The notes under the pieces were generated by a model. The model was given only the letters and a program-made list of their open reading frames with translations. It did no database searches and was not told where the DNA came from. From Eledone cirrhosa (Eukaryota): 64,000 bases of DNA. Of the stretch, positions 13,789 to 27,213 are shown in pieces. A program made the position numbers and the translations under genes. Each line of letters begins with the position of its first letter. Position 1 is the first letter of the stretch. The stretch lies in the NCBI GenBank assembly GCA_964016885.1, contig OZ024741.1:331886001-331950000 (forward strand). The letters are read 5' to 3'.

Positions 13789-14810
13789 ATTTTGGAAGAA
13801 GAATCAGGATAGAGAGAGAGGTGCTGTACCCCAGCAAATTTTATAAAAGGTGGGTGAATGTGGCAAAGATGGCCCGAGTGGTTGGGTCTTCTCTCTATAT
13901 AAGCCTGTAGGTTGAGGAAAAAGAGGAAGAGAGGAAGGGAGTACTCACTCTGGGTGTTCCTGGAGATGAGGGTTGTACATTTATTCGGGGTGCGTACGTC
14001 CCCTGTGTAACGCCCCCCCCCCCCCTTATTGGCGATTTCAATTGTTATTTGTTATTTTATTAATAGTTTTATTTTCATATACCTGTATGAAAACTCCCCA
14101 TTTGTATTTGTCCCCTTCTTTTGTGCCCTTGTGGCTAATAAAGAAATTTATCTGTGTATGTATCTGTCTACCTGTCTATCTATCTATAAAGGAAACCGTC
14201 GCACACGCATTTGTACACTGCCCGGGCATTACCGACCTGTGGGGCTATGTAGAACGACTATTGTCGCAGGTGGGACCAATCCAGTTGACCACCAAGTCCA
14301 TTGTCATGATCAAACCGCCACCCTCCTTCAAAAACGAAGGAGAGGCAGTTTTCCTTTGTGTGATAGCTATGGCGAAAGAGGTTGTATGGTGGACGAGGTT
14401 AAAAGGGCTGAGGTCAGACACCTTTCTCTCCGGCGAGCAACTGATTCGTTTTTTCAAATATCATTTTGGAAGAAGAATCAGGATGGAGAGAGAGGTGCTG
14501 TACCCCAGCAAATTTTATGAAAGGTGGGTGAATGTGGCAAAGATGGCCCGAGTGGTTGGGCCTTCTCTCTATATAATCCTGTAGGTTGAGGAAAAAGAGG
14601 AAGGGAGTACTCACTCTTGGTGCTCCTGGAGATGAGGGTTGTACATTTTTTCGGGGTGTGTACAACCCCTGTGTAACACCTCCCACCTATTGGGGATTTC
14701 AATTATTATTTGTTATTTTATTAATAGTTTTATTTTAATATACCTGTATGTAAACTCCCCATTTGTATTTGTCCCCTTCTTTTGTGCCCTTGTGGCTAAT
14801 AAAGAAATTT
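13789..14810 (+). mobile_element. Two head-to-tail L1/Tx1-like 3' ends (13789-14148, 14189-14810) in (TATC)n
   Basis: ETVAHAFVHCP zinc-knuckle tail, shared 3' UTR ending gtggctaataaagaaatt, TATC repeats on both sides. Confidence 0.82.
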
Positions 14811-14887
14811 ATCTATCTATAAAGGTATCTTTACTTATATATATATATATCTTTCTGCATCAAAATGTGTTTATATATATATATAAA

Positions 14888-14931
<44 letters not shown>

Positions 14932-16154
14932 TTTATACACCTCTCTCTTTCTCTCATAAACCATATCTTTTTATACTGTCACTTATTTAGTGTCGCCAAA
15001 ATTAAATAAAACCTGTGTTGTTTCCTCTTCCTACTAATTTTTGAAGTTAGGTCTCTTAAATTTTAATGGAGTCTATACACACGCACACACACACATAAAT
15101 ACACAAGTGCATGCACAAACACACACATATAAAAGAGCACACAAACACACACATGAGTGCACACATACATGCATACAAAAATGCAAGCATACAGAGAAAT
15201 ACACACATGCGTGCACACACATGCACACACACACAACTACACACACATATTAAAAGAACAACTCTTCCTCCATTGGACTAGTTTTGTATTTATTCTCAAT
15301 CCTTAAACAACAAAATTTAAAACATTTAAAACAACAAAACCAAACAAATAGATTCTCTTTGATATTAGATACCGTGATATAGAGTGACATATATATATAT
15401 AATATATTTCTTTTTTTATGTATATATATATATACATAAAAAATATATATATAGAGAGAGAGACATATATATATATATATATATATACATAAAGGTAAGT
15501 GTAAATTTTATTGTAATGGACAGAAATAGTTAATTATGGTGAAGATAAAAGGACAAAAAATCTATGTTTGAAGTAAAGCTTTATTCTATTAACTGCTCTG
15601 CCATTTTTCTAATAGTCTGCATCAATTTCAGCTAATGAATCAATACACACCATTAGGTTTTATGCTGTTTATTACAGTTTGTTTATTACAGTTTGTTTAT
15701 TTTGGTTAAGAAATAACAAAGGAAAGAAAGACATTATTATTCATCCAAATTTTACCCAGAATTTTAACCTTTTATCATGTGTGGATACTCATTATTTTTC
15801 GAGTACAAAAAAAAAAAAGAAAGAAAGAAAGAAAAAAACAGGATGGGGTATGCTGATCATCAAATTTAACCAAGGAAACAATGTTTTTATTGGTCTTTCC
15901 ATTCCTAATACTATTTGCCATTTCCATCTCAGAATGTACAAAACTTGATCAGATACTTCTGCAAAGTATCCTGCCCAACCTTTTAACAATTCCACCAATC
16001 TACAGCCCCTGGACTTTTACTTTATTTCATCAATCCTCACAAGGAGGAAACATACAGTTGACCCCATCAGGATTTGAATTCAGAACTGGAATACATTTTA
16101 AGGCATATAATCCAATGACTCGGCTTGAATTAACCAAACAAGTGATAAAGTGAA

Positions 16155-16272
16155 GGTATGTGGCTTAGTGGTTAGAGAAATGGATTCACAATCATGAGAT
16201 AGTGAGTTCAATTTCCAAACCAGGCAATGCATTATGTCCTTGAATAAGACACTTTCTTTCACATTGCTCTTT
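16155..16272 (+). mobile_element. Decayed tRNA-headed SINE 5' part
   Basis: A box tggcttagtgg, B box gagttcaattt, then a tgtccttgaataagacact core. Confidence 0.6.
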
Positions 16273-16807
16273 CTACCAGGAATTGTGATGGGTAGATAGT
16301 ATCAGCAGTTTGTAAGACCAGAGGAAACATTGTTTCCTTGATCTGATTTGAAATTTGGGATCTTGTTGATTGATTCCACTGAGATATATTTACTTTGTGG
16401 TGCTAAAAATGTTTTATATATTAGAAGTTGAATAGAGTATGCAAGAGAAATGATTGCACTGGTCTGTGCTGGTGATGCGTTTGGAGAGCAAGAGTTATAT
16501 AAATATGTGCTGAGTACTTAAAATGGATGGAACCTGTGGAAGAGGGAGACAAAGATAGACTTATGATAAAGATGTGAAGAATGACCTCAAGAAACTAAAT
16601 CTCTTGAAGGAGATGACACAGTACTGTCAACATGTCATAAGAGAAAGAACCCATCCACCAATACAAGTACTGAAACACTAAAATTAAAGTGATCATTGAG
16701 AAGGGACTGTCTAGTGTTTTGTCCAATTTTCTGTTGTCTTTGCTCACCTTTCTTGATTGATTTCTTATGATTTTATCCACCTGAGACACTTTTTCAAATT
16801 TATATTT

Positions 16808-17575
16808 GATGGTCTTTATTCTCTCTAATCCACGATTTCACAGAACTTATGTTCATCGATTTCAGGGACTTGACACCTTCTTCCTCACTTTTCGTTGCAT
16901 TACCATCTTTGTTTGTTTACTGTCTCACTCATTCCCCCTATTTACGTGTCCCGACGACTTTCTTTAGCCGTTGCTCGCACCAACCAGAGGTATATGGTCT
17001 TTAAAGCGATGAAATACCAATGAAGGCTGGAGGATCACTGATGAAGGACTAAATTTATTCATATGTAACCCATTTGCAACCACGCAGCACGCCATGTTTT
17101 CATATTTTTCATATATATTTTCCTCCGTTGTGACCCGTCTGTTTCTTTCTTACTGCTTCCTCTTTTCTCTGTATCTCTCACTTCCTTTTACCCCCTCTAC
17201 CAGTCACTCTCTCTGTTAGCCTCTTCCTCACACTTTCACTCACTCACTTTCTGCTACTCCCTCTCCTACTTCCTCCTGTTTGACCTGTGCGAGATTCTTT
17301 CCTCACTCACACTTCGACCAGGTTGGATGGTCTTTATTCTCTCTCGTCCACGATTTCACAGAACTTATGTTCATCGGTTTCAGGGACTTGACTCCTTCTT
17401 TCTCACTTTTCGTTGCATTACCATCTTTTTACTGTCTCGCTCGTTCCCCCTATTTACGTGTCCCAACAACTTTCTTTAGCCGTTGCTTGCACCAACCAGA
17501 GGTATATGGTCTTTAAAGCGATGAAATACCAATGAAGGCTGGAAGATCACTGATAAAGGACTAAATTTATTCATA
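16808..17575 (+). repeat. Non-coding 518-bp unit present as a 1.5x direct tandem; related copy at 60735-61122
   Basis: 16808-17064 is repeated at 17326-17575; ends in (TA)n. Confidence 0.88.
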
Positions 17576-17587
17576 TATATATATATA

Positions 17588-17790
17588 TGGCGAAACAGAG
17601 AGAGAGGTAAACACCCAACTATGACACCAAGTGGTTTCAGCTTGTATTTAGCAAGACTTTTAGACTTTTGAGGGTGTATACCCTTGTAAAGGCTTGATGA
17701 ATACAAACTGAAATCACTTGGTGTTATGATCGGGTTTTAATTTTCCTCTATACTCACTCTGCTTTTTCTCATGGATAGAGTACTCCCCGG
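17588..17790. repeat. Imperfect fold-back element with tail
   Basis: acaccaagtggtttcagcttgtatt pairs with aatacaaactgaaatcacttggtgt around a gggtgtataccc tip. Confidence 0.75.
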
Positions 17791-17821
17791 TCTCTCTCTC
17801 CCCCTCTCTCTCTCTCTCTAT

Positions 17822-17857
<36 letters not shown>

Positions 17858-17923
17858 ATATATATAAACATTACATATATATCTAAACATACATACATAC
17901 ATATATATACATGCATATGTATA

Positions 17924-18062
17924 TGTGGTTGGTGTTAGGAAGGGCATCCAGCCGTAGAAAACCTGCCAGACAGTCCTATACGAGCAAGACAACCAAACTT
18001 GCCTCAAGTGGGAAAACTCCCGTCCAAACCCATACAAACGTGGAAGATGGACGTTAAACAAC

Positions 18063-18098
<36 letters not shown>
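17924..18098 (+). mobile_element. RTE 3' terminal fragment
   Basis: Matches 9525-9672; (GAT)n tail. Confidence 0.88.
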
Positions 18099-18177
18099 AT
18101 ATATATAGTATGTGTGTGTGTGTGTGTGTGTGTGATGCTTCATACAGTTTCAAACTACTAAATTCTACTCACATGAA

Positions 18178-18357
18178 TTGGCAGTATCGGTAGGGTGTTC
18201 GACGACATGCTTTCCAGCATAGTTACGCCCCTTTACGAACTGAGTTCAAATCCAGCCGAGGTTAACTTTGCCTTTCATCCTTACGTGGTCGATAAAATAA
18301 AGTACCAGTAATGTATTGGGATAATTTCTGGCCTTGTGCCAAAAGTAGAAACAATTA
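18178..18357 (+). mobile_element. Main tRNA-derived SINE (Nin/Deu-like core) inserted into an older minus-strand SINE
   Basis: tggcagtatcgg A box, gagttcaaatcc B box, actttgcctttcatcc..gtcgataaaataaagtaccag core. Confidence 0.88.
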
Positions 18358-18799
18358 TTTGGTCTAAGGTTATAGTTGAAGTGAAAACATTGTCCAAGGT
18401 ACCACACAATGGAATATAAGCCAAGACAATATGGCTGCGAAAGCAACCTCCTTAACCACACAGCCATGCCTGTAACTCCATACATAAACTGAAATTTTAC
18501 ACCACATACCATTAAAACAATGACAATTATGTTTCAGAAATGTTATGTTTGAGAAATGAATTTTAAAATTTATATCCAAACTACTCAAAATGGTAATTTT
18601 ACATCAGCTATAAATAAATATTTAATGTCTTCTAAATTAGAAATTTTATATTTAACCTGTTTTAAGAAAATTAATATCCAGCATTGCATTCCAATATTCA
18701 ATACAAATATGGAGAGTTTGGGGATGTTTACATTATTCAGAGAAGATATTTCTGAAAGATACATAATTACTTATTAACAACACAATATATACAATATTA

Positions 18800-18998
18800 C
18801 GAGGGTTAGACTGAAAAGTTCATAGGTTCACTATGAAGGAGTGATGTTAGAGCTGTGAAATCTTGCATGCATTAATTTCAACTCTGCTTATTGATAACTG
18901 TATTGTTTCTTTTTAGGGACTAAGTTGAAAAATAAACCTCATTTGGTCATACCATGAGAGTATCTTCATCAGACGATTAACTTTTCAGCTGACTTTTG
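18800..18998. mobile_element. Mariner-type MITE (second partial copy at ~6912-7060)
   Basis: TA-cgaggg..ctgaaaagtt ... aacttttcag..g-TA imperfect TIRs. Confidence 0.7.
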
Positions 18999-19020
18999 TA
19001 TATAAATTTATATTATATAT

Positions 19021-19030
19021 CATCATCATT

Positions 19031-19062
<32 letters not shown>

Positions 19063-19445
19063 TATCATCATCATCATCACTGTTTTACGTCCGTTCTTCC
19101 ACGCTAGCATGGGTTAGACGGGTTGTCCTGTTGTGGGCAGTGTCTGGTCGGCTGACCTTGTCTTGCTTATACGGGAATTGATTCTGGCTTGATTTCTACA
19201 GCTGGATGCTCTTCCTAACACCAACCTCATTTACAGTGAGTGCTGGGTGCTTTATTCCCGTGGCACCTCCACGTCCACTTTACAGTGTGGGCTGGGTGCT
19301 TTTTTGCCGTGGCACCTCCACGACTACTTTGCAGTGGGAGGGGGTGGGGGCATATTGTCTATATGCTTCAGCTTTGGCTTGTACCCGTGGGAAGTCAGTT
19401 CTTCTGTATTACTGCGTGATGCCAGAGGTCACAGTCATGTGTCAT
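19021..19445 (-). mobile_element. RTE subfamily B 3' end
   Basis: Closely similar to 48915-49298; (CAT)n tail. Confidence 0.88.
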
Positions 19446-19459
19446 ATATATATATATGT

Positions 19460-19643
19460 GTGGGAAAAGAGTCAGGACCCCGACGACTGAGCTCCGGCTG
19501 TTTCGATAGCTAGATCTAGCTGTCAAAACGGCTGGAGCTCAGCCCTTGGGGTCCTGACTCTTACCCACTCTACTACCCTAAGTATTGAGTCTCTGGTGCG
19601 TTATGGTCCACCTGGTATCTTACCACACCCTCTTTGTGTTTTG
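19460..19643 (+). mobile_element. Fold-back family A (hairpin 19460-19568 plus tail)
   Basis: Hairpin followed by tail ctactaccctaagtattgagt..tatggtcca; other copies at 59161-59356 and 62627-62788. Confidence 0.85.
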
Positions 19644-19807
19644 TATATATATATGTGTTTATATATATATATATATATAAGCAAAGAGATATTTAATTTG
19701 TTAGTTATTCAACAAATTTATTTATAAAAGATTTGAAGCACTCTACAGAACCTGAACCGATAAGGTCTGGTTTCTTGGGTATGTCAACATTTATAAAACA
19801 AATTTTG

Positions 19808-19868
19808 TATTTTATCTGATGAGTGCGTACCAAAATGTTGGTACCCTTGAAATATATATAATAAAATA
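19808..19868 (+). ncRNA. Minimal type-I hammerhead ribozyme motif (in element 19680-19912)
   Basis: tattttat-CTGATGA-gtg c gtaccaa..ttggtac c ctt-GAAA-tatataTA-ataaaata; perfect 8-bp stem I. Confidence 0.75.
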
Positions 19869-20807
19869 AATATGGTTTTATAAATATAGTTTCCATTTAT
19901 TAATATCATTGATATATATATATTAATAATAATAATAAAAACTTATTACCATAACAGAAGTCCAACGAGCTTTTGATTCCAGAATCAGGCCAGATCGATA
20001 CAGATTAAGCCTTGAGCTGATCAATCACGAAACACGTATCACACCTCAATAAATGTAATGAATATCTAACACTTCGTCCTTTTTATTATTATTAGCATTG
20101 CACTTTGCTTAGTACAACACCAATATAACTACTAGAAACTACACATCATGTGCTCACTATGGAGAACCTACAGTAACTGGACATTACAATCCCTATATAC
20201 ATATATATATATAAGTTTATCCCGGGTTGAATCAGGGGTAACCACAGTAGCTACTCAATACATAGCAGAGTATAAATATTTAATATAGCTTCTACAGGAC
20301 TAGAACTGTTTCATTTGGGGAAAACATATATATATATATATATCAAGGGTGAAGGGTGCATGCATGCAACGCATGCAGTGCATGCGTTATAGAACCTTGA
20401 GTTGATCAATTGCATCAGTTGAAGCAAGCAGAATTTTGGCTGCTTACTAAAACGTAGACACATAAAAAGATAACATACACATACACACAAACACATACAC
20501 ACAAACACATACACACAAACACATACACACAAACACATACACACAAACACATACACACAAACACATACACACAAACACATGACAGCTTTGGGGCAAGCAG
20601 AATTTTGACTGCTTACTACTAAATCGTAGACATATAAAAAGATAACACACACATACACACTAGATAACACTACATGCGGCTTTGATGGGGAGGGTCATTT
20701 AGAGGGAATTGGGGGGGGGGGGGTAAGGCTGCATAGCCCCACTTTCCGCCATGGCGATTGGACTGCATGCTCTGCTTTCCAGTTTACCCTTTGCCACTGA
20801 TATATAT

Positions 20808-21310
20808 ATATGGAAACACAAAGCAAGCTTTGTTTAGAAATGGCTAGCAAATTTGAAAATTAGGTAGTAACATGTGCTTACACCGTATTTGACTAAATAG
20901 AATTAGTCTGTTAGTTGGGATTTTTAAAAAAACCTCTGAATGGAAAAAAGGATGAATATTGAGAGGGTTTTTTAAAATCCCAACTAACAGACAAATTCTA
21001 TTTAGTCAAATATGGCGTAAGCACATGTTACTACCTTATTTTCACATTTGTTAGTCATTTCTAAACAAAGGTTGCTTTGTGTCTCCATATTTATATACAT
21101 ATATATACCTGCTATGGTTATATAGCTTCTATGAATGGCGTGTTGGTGTAATGGTAACATATTGGTCTGGCAAACCAAAGATGTGGGTTCGTGTCCCATG
21201 TACATCAATACTCATCCTTTTTTCCATTCAAAGGGTCTTTTTAAATCCCAACTAACAGACTAATTCTATTTAGTCAAATATGCCATAAGCACATGTTACT
21301 ACCTAATTTT
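20808..21310 (+). mobile_element. Fold-back element containing a tRNA-like cloverleaf; ~268-bp direct period
   Basis: 20808-20937 is inverted relative to 20963-21090; the body is repeated directly at 21232-21310; TA flanks. Confidence 0.85.
21137..21207 (+). other. tRNA-like cloverleaf (anticodon loop ctGGCaa), repeat-embedded, probably not a translational tRNA
   Basis: D stem gtgt/acat, anticodon stem ttggt/accaa, T stem gtggg/cccat with ttcg loop, weak acceptor stem. Confidence 0.75.
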
Positions 21311-21689
21311 ATATATATTAAAATACCATCGAAGCCAGAAAAATTCAACAGGGATGGAATCATGTGTCTTCCTAAATGGTAGCAGATGCTAATCACAAAG
21401 GATGGCGATTATTTTGACTTAAGTTTTCCTGTTAAAAAAATGCCAAAATCAATAAAAATTTGAAAAACGGCAAGAACTTTCTGTCCAAACTAATACTTTA
21501 CTCTTCTGATGCTGATCCACCTGAAACTACCTTTAGTTCTATATGTTGTTGATAATGAGGTTGATTAAAGCAAACATTATTAGTAGTAATATTAGTAGTA
21601 GTATTAGTGTGTTTTGGGTGTCATTTAAAGTGTAGTCTTTCTTAATAAATATTGTGTCGGTTTACTGATGTTGATTTGTTGATGAAGAT

Positions 21690-22474
21690 GGCGGTGGTGT
21701 TGAAGTAGTCGATGTTGCAGTAAATGGTGGAGGTGGGGTGGGGTAGATGGTGGTGGTGATGGCAATGGTGTTGAAGTAGACGATGTTGGAGTAAATGGTG
21801 GAGGTGTGGTGGTGTAGATGGTGGTGGTGGTGGTGGTGGTATTAAAGTAGACGATGTTGGAGTAAATGGTGGAGGTGTGGTGGTGTAGATGGTGGTGGTG
21901 ATGGCAATGGTGTTGAAGTAGACGATGTTGCAGTAAATGGTGGAGGTGTGGTGGTGTAGATGGTGGTGGTGGTGGTGATATTGAAGTAGTCGATATTGCA
22001 GTAAATGGTGGAGGTGTGGTGGTGTAGATGGTGGTGATGGCGGCGAATGTAGTGGTGATGGTGGTGGTGTTGATGGCAGAGGTGATGGTGGTGTAGATGG
22101 TGGTGATGATGGCAGTGGTGATAGCAGTGGTGATGGTGGTGTTGATGGCGGAGGTGATGGTGGTGATGGTGGTGGTGATGATGATGAAGAGGAGGAGGAG
22201 GATAGCAATGATGATGGTGATGAAGGGGAGGAGGAGGATGGCAATGATGAGGATGATGATGAAGATGATGATGATGGCAATGATAGTAATGATTATAATG
22301 GTAATGATGATTATGATGGCTATGATGATTATGATTATGATGGCAATAGACATGATAATCATGTAATGGGGGGGGGGGGGTAGATGATGATTGTGGTGAT
22401 GATTATGATAGGAATAGACATGATAATCATGGTTGGATGATGATGAAGAGGGGTGATGCCGATGGCAACAATGG

Positions 22475-22511
<37 letters not shown>

Positions 22512-22560
22512 AACAATGATGGTGATGATGGTGATGGTGATGATGACAACGATGATGATC
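21690..22560. repeat. ~69-bp minisatellite (about 5 copies) grading into GGT/GAT low complexity
   Basis: Units of ttgaagtagacgatgttgcagtaaatggtggaggtgtggtggtgtagatgg. Confidence 0.9.
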
Positions 22561-23164
22561 TTCTGTTTTACCAAATAGAACATAAAATTCTTATCTCCTG
22601 GTCCCAGCTCCGCTCCACCACCATTAGTTTTATAGCTGTAGAAGTGAATGATGAAATTTATAGTCAAAATGACTGCTGACATTATTTTCTGATGACAACA
22701 TTACTGCTGCTGCTACTACTACTACTGCTACTGCTGCTACTGCTATAAAGTAATAAAATGAAATAAAATAAAATACCCCCCCCCCCCCCCTCCAAAAAAA
22801 AAGAAAAAACAGAAAAAAAAACCCTAGAAAAACAAGCAAAAACATTTCGATGATTTACTTTTCTTTATAACACTTTTATGTCTATTATTTCTGCATTAGT
22901 TATATTTCTAAATTGTTATTATTACTGGACATAATTCTTCATGAGTCTGTCTACCTGTTGGTTTGTCTGCCAGGGAGGGGGGAAGGAGAGAGAGAGAGAA
23001 ATCTGTCTGTTTTGATTAGTGGGTGTCTCCTTGTTGCTGTTGTTGTCTGTCTTATGAACAGGCATGATTGTTGCACAGTTAAGGGGATCACTTCACTTCA
23101 CAACCACATAGTTCTTGGGTTCACTCCTGCAGTGCAGCACTTTGAGTAAATAAGTTGTTATTCT

Positions 23165-23562
23165 GGACATCAGACACCATGCTTTGCAGAATAGAGTTAT
23201 GTCCCTTTATATTCTGAGTTCAAATCCTGCTGAGGTGAGATTTGCCTTTCATCGCTACGGGGTTGATAAAATAAAGCACCAGTAATGCACTGGGGTCGAT
23301 TTAATCGGCTTTTCCCTTTCTTAAAATTGTTTGTCTTGTGCCTAAATCAGAAACCATTATTACTGAACAAAGGTGGTGGATTGGCAGTATCGGTAGAGGG
23401 TCGGACGCCATGCTTTGACGCATAGAGTTATGGCCCTTGCCATTCTGAGTTCAAATCACGCCGAGGTTAACTTTGCCTTTCATCCTTACGGGGTCGATAA
23501 AATAAAGTACCAGTAATGCACTGGGATAATTGCTGGCCTTGTGCCAAAAGTAGAAACAATTA
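23165..23562 (+). mobile_element. Two adjacent main-family SINEs; the second has 14-bp TSD attattactgaaca
   Basis: SINE core occurs twice; TSD at ~23357 and ~23559. Confidence 0.88.
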
Positions 23563-23684
23563 TTACTGAACATAATTATTTATGAGATTGTGGAGCTGTT
23601 AGCTTGCTCTGGTGAGAGGGAGAGAGAAATCTGTGTTTTGATAAGTGGGTGTCTCCTTGTTATCATTGTCATCTTGTCAACAGG

Positions 23685-23845
23685 CATCACAGTTAAGGAG
23701 GTCATTTCACAACCACATGGTTCTTAGTTCAAGCCTGCAATACAGCACTTTGGGTAAATAAATGTCATTTACTACTATAGCCATGGGTTGACCAATGCCT
23801 TGTGAGTGGAATTTAGAAGATGGAAACTGCAGAAGCCTGTCATAT
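23685..23845 (+). mobile_element. Old CORE-like SINE (partial duplicate at ~23060-23160)
   Basis: gttcaagcc B box, gcactttgggtaa core, gccttgtgagtggaattt..ggaaactg tail. Confidence 0.65.
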
Positions 23846-25821
23846 ATATATATATATCATCATCATTTTTACATCTATTTTTCCATGCTTGCAAGAGTTG
23901 GCTGGGTCCTTTTCAGCACAGCATCTCCCAAATTGGTGCATTCCTTTGTCATCATGTGTGTGTGTGATTGTGTGTGTGTTTGTGTGTGTGATTGTGTGTC
24001 TCTGTGTGTTTGTGTGTGTTTGTGTGTGTGTGTGTATTTGTGTGTGTGATTGTGTATCTGCTTGTGTGTGTGTGTGTTTGTGTATGTGTTTATGTGTGTG
24101 TGTATATCAGTGTCTACATTTACATTTGTATTTTATATCCTGTGACTTAAAGGTTTGACAAAACACAATTGATAAAATAAGTACAAAATTTGAAAAAAAA
24201 CAAATGAACGCTGTAGTCCATGACATACACTCATAATCTGCTTGCTTAGGGTAGACCTCAAGCTAAACAACAACAAGTACTACTCTTCAAAATTTAAGTA
24301 GTTCACTTATTTACATCCTGTACCACATGAAGCCACATAAGCAGAACATTCTTGAAAAGTATAAAACAGCACTATGACTGCATTACATTAAAAATTAAAG
24401 TATTTACTCTAATACTGCATATTATCCCAACAATCTGGTCTATCAGTAAAGATACTAAAAACATTTGAATAAACAAACCATATTAGCAAAACATTCTTGA
24501 AAAGTACAAAACAGTGTTATGAATGTATCACATTAAATATTAAAGTATTTACTCTAATACAGTGAGTCCTCGATATACGGTATATATGCGTTCCTGAAAC
24601 CCTTACCGTATATTGAATTACCGTATAAAGAACCCATTTATAACATGAAATAGATAGGGATGCGTTCCAGCACATCGAAATAGTCATCCCTACAGAAAAG
24701 AAATAATGTTTTTTTTTATTTACTGTACCTTACACATGCCGCGTAGTCCATCAGATGATGTGCCTCTTCATTTGTCCCTCCCGAGGCTAAGGGACAGTAT
24801 GGGTTTCAGCCCTTACTCATCTTGGGCTGAGTTGGCCGGGGAGGATGAGGGTGATGTGGGAGGCTCAAAACCAACAAACTCGTTGACTGCAGTGGATATT
24901 GAAGGGCCAGCTGTAGCACGGTTGGCAGGTGTGACTGGCTTGAAGAAAGAGTAGATGGAGGACTGTTTGGCGGTGTTTCTTTTAGCTTCATACATTTCTT
25001 GGTAAATCTTGACGCTTTTCTCGATGTCTTGAGCCACTTTGCTGCTCCTAGCAGGGTTGGGGTCATGCTCCTTCAGGGTTTCTTTGTTTCGATAATCCCG
25101 AGACATTCTCTTAGAGTTTTTATGTACAAGCCACGCACAGGTTTTTAGGCGGGGTGGTCAGACATCCATGTAGAAAAAAAAAAAAAATGTTTTTCTTTTT
25201 GTGTAAGACGAACAATTTTCAATTTAAAACGAATGGTGAGCAGGCTGCGTTTTCATATTATCACGTCGGGGTTACCACTTTAGGTGGGGTGGTCAGACAT
25301 CCCATCTAATTGGATATTGTTTACTGGCACATAGTCAAAGAAGGAATAAGGAACATACCTCAATTCTATGTTATAAAAACATTTTTAATAGGAGAAATTA
25401 CAGAATATATACAAATTCATTAGTGCTCCTAGGTTGGGATATATTTAAGTCATCATATACTGTCACATGATGTGATGTCATCCTTTGGATCACTGCATGT
25501 AGATAGCACGATAGAGATAGCACGTTTATTTTCCCCGAGGAGATCATCGTTTAATAGATATTGTTTCAGCTACTGATGTCATTAAATAAAAATCGGTTCA
25601 TCAAATCATGTATGTAGAAAAACCATTTAGCAACCAGCAAAAATCCCAAACCAAGGAGCAATCAGCCCAACCGAGCATGAAGGGCACAGCAAATTTCAAA
25701 AATACATATTAAAAAAGCATGCAAGAACGTGAAAGGAAAAAACAAATGTAATAAAATGTAAATACAATTTCCTAAAAGTTCCAATAGTCACTACAGGATT
25801 AAAGCACCGCACAATAGCAGT

Positions 25822-27045
25822 TTAAAAATATACCATGCTACACAGTGTTTTGGGCCAATGAACCCTTCGACCAGAACGGGTCGTAGTCTTATATCTTGAT
25901 GAGGGGGGGGGGGGCAAAGAAACAGGTGTGTGTGCAAAAGAGAAAGATGAGGGTGTATGTGGCTCAGGTGTGTGAGCATCTGTGTGGGCCCGTTTAAGTC
26001 TATCAACCGCAATGGTCTCTCTGGATCCCTTAATGTCTACAGTGTAATGTTTATCAGAATGAGCCAACACACGGCAGGGTCCAGAGTACGGTTGTGTGAG
26101 AGGTGGTCTCACAGCATCGTTTCTTACAAACACATGGGTCCACGAGGCAATATCAATCGGGACTGCACATTTTACAGTTTGCTTCCTCGTATCCATCGGT
26201 AGCAGGTTCTGAAAATAAGAATGCAGACGGGATACGTAGAAAAGCGGATCTTGTGCAGCAAGATCAACAGGGGCAAGCATTTGCCCAGGCAACCCTAGAG
26301 GAGCATCATACAATAATTCGGCCGGGGAGAACCCAAAGTCCTCCTTTATTGATGACCGAATCCCCAACAACACAATAGGGAAGTACTCACTCCAATGCGT
26401 AGAGTCAGAAGTCCGTAGAGCGGCTTTTAGTTGTCAGCGGAAACACTCCACCATTCCATTAGAGGCAGGATGATATGCAGTCGTTCGGATGCATTTAACG
26501 CCAATGATTTTCGTTAATTCATGGAAGAGATTCGATTCAAACTGTCTTCCACAGTCCGTTGTAATCGTGGTTGGCACTCCAAAGCAGGCAATCCATCCTG
26601 ATACTAGGGCACGCGCTGTCGTTTCAGCAGTGATGTCTTTCAAGGGGATGGCTTCAGGCCATCGCGAAAAACGATCAATTACAGTCAATAGATAAGTATG
26701 ACCACCATTGACTGGCCAAGGTCCCACGATGTCCACATGACTGTGCCGGAAACGGGCGTCCGGTGTACTGACAGTACCGAGCGGAGCCTTAACGTGTTTA
26801 TGGATTTTCGATTTCTGGCAAGCAATGCAGGAACGGCACCAAACAGTAATATTGCGCCTCATATTTGGCCAGAAGAATCTGGCTGTTATGAGCTTTACTG
26901 TGGCAGAAGATCCTGGGTGGGAAATGCTGTGTAAAGCAAGAAACACAGTACGACGATGGTTTAGCGGGACGAATGGTCTCGGTGAAACCACGGAAACGTC
27001 GCAGAGAATCTGTTCGTCTGCGGTGGGCAATGGCAGGTATTTCAA
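25822..27045 (-). pseudogene. Gypsy integrase (HHCC, DDE, GPY-like), disrupted
   Basis: [41 protein letters not shown] and TRSGR; stop at ~26434. Confidence 0.93.
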
Positions 27046-27213
27046 ATGGTGCCGTTCCTGCATTGCTTGCCAGAAATCGAAAATCCATAAACACGTTAAG
27101 GCTCCGCTTGGTGGGAGGCCATGTAGAAAAAAAAAAAATTTTTTTTTTCTTTTTTGAAAACAATTTTCAATTTAAAACGAATGGTGAAATTAAGCAGGCT
27201 GCGTTTTCATATT

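Noticed and set aside
16820-16865. Minus-strand (C/T)CGATGA-aca..tgt-GAAA and plus-strand orphan CTGATGA at ~17038
   Set aside because: The core is non-canonical, stem I does not pair, and it is not conserved in the 60.7-kb copy.
21137-21207. Functional tRNA-Ala(GGC) gene
   Set aside because: The acceptor stem is poorly paired, a GGC anticodon is atypical for eukaryotes, and it is embedded in a repeat; treated as a tRNA-like module.
25169-25795. Apparent 627-bp TGTAG...CTACA LTR
   Set aside because: The Trp PBS and the ggtt TSD place the true LTR at 27233-27596; these termini are coincidental.
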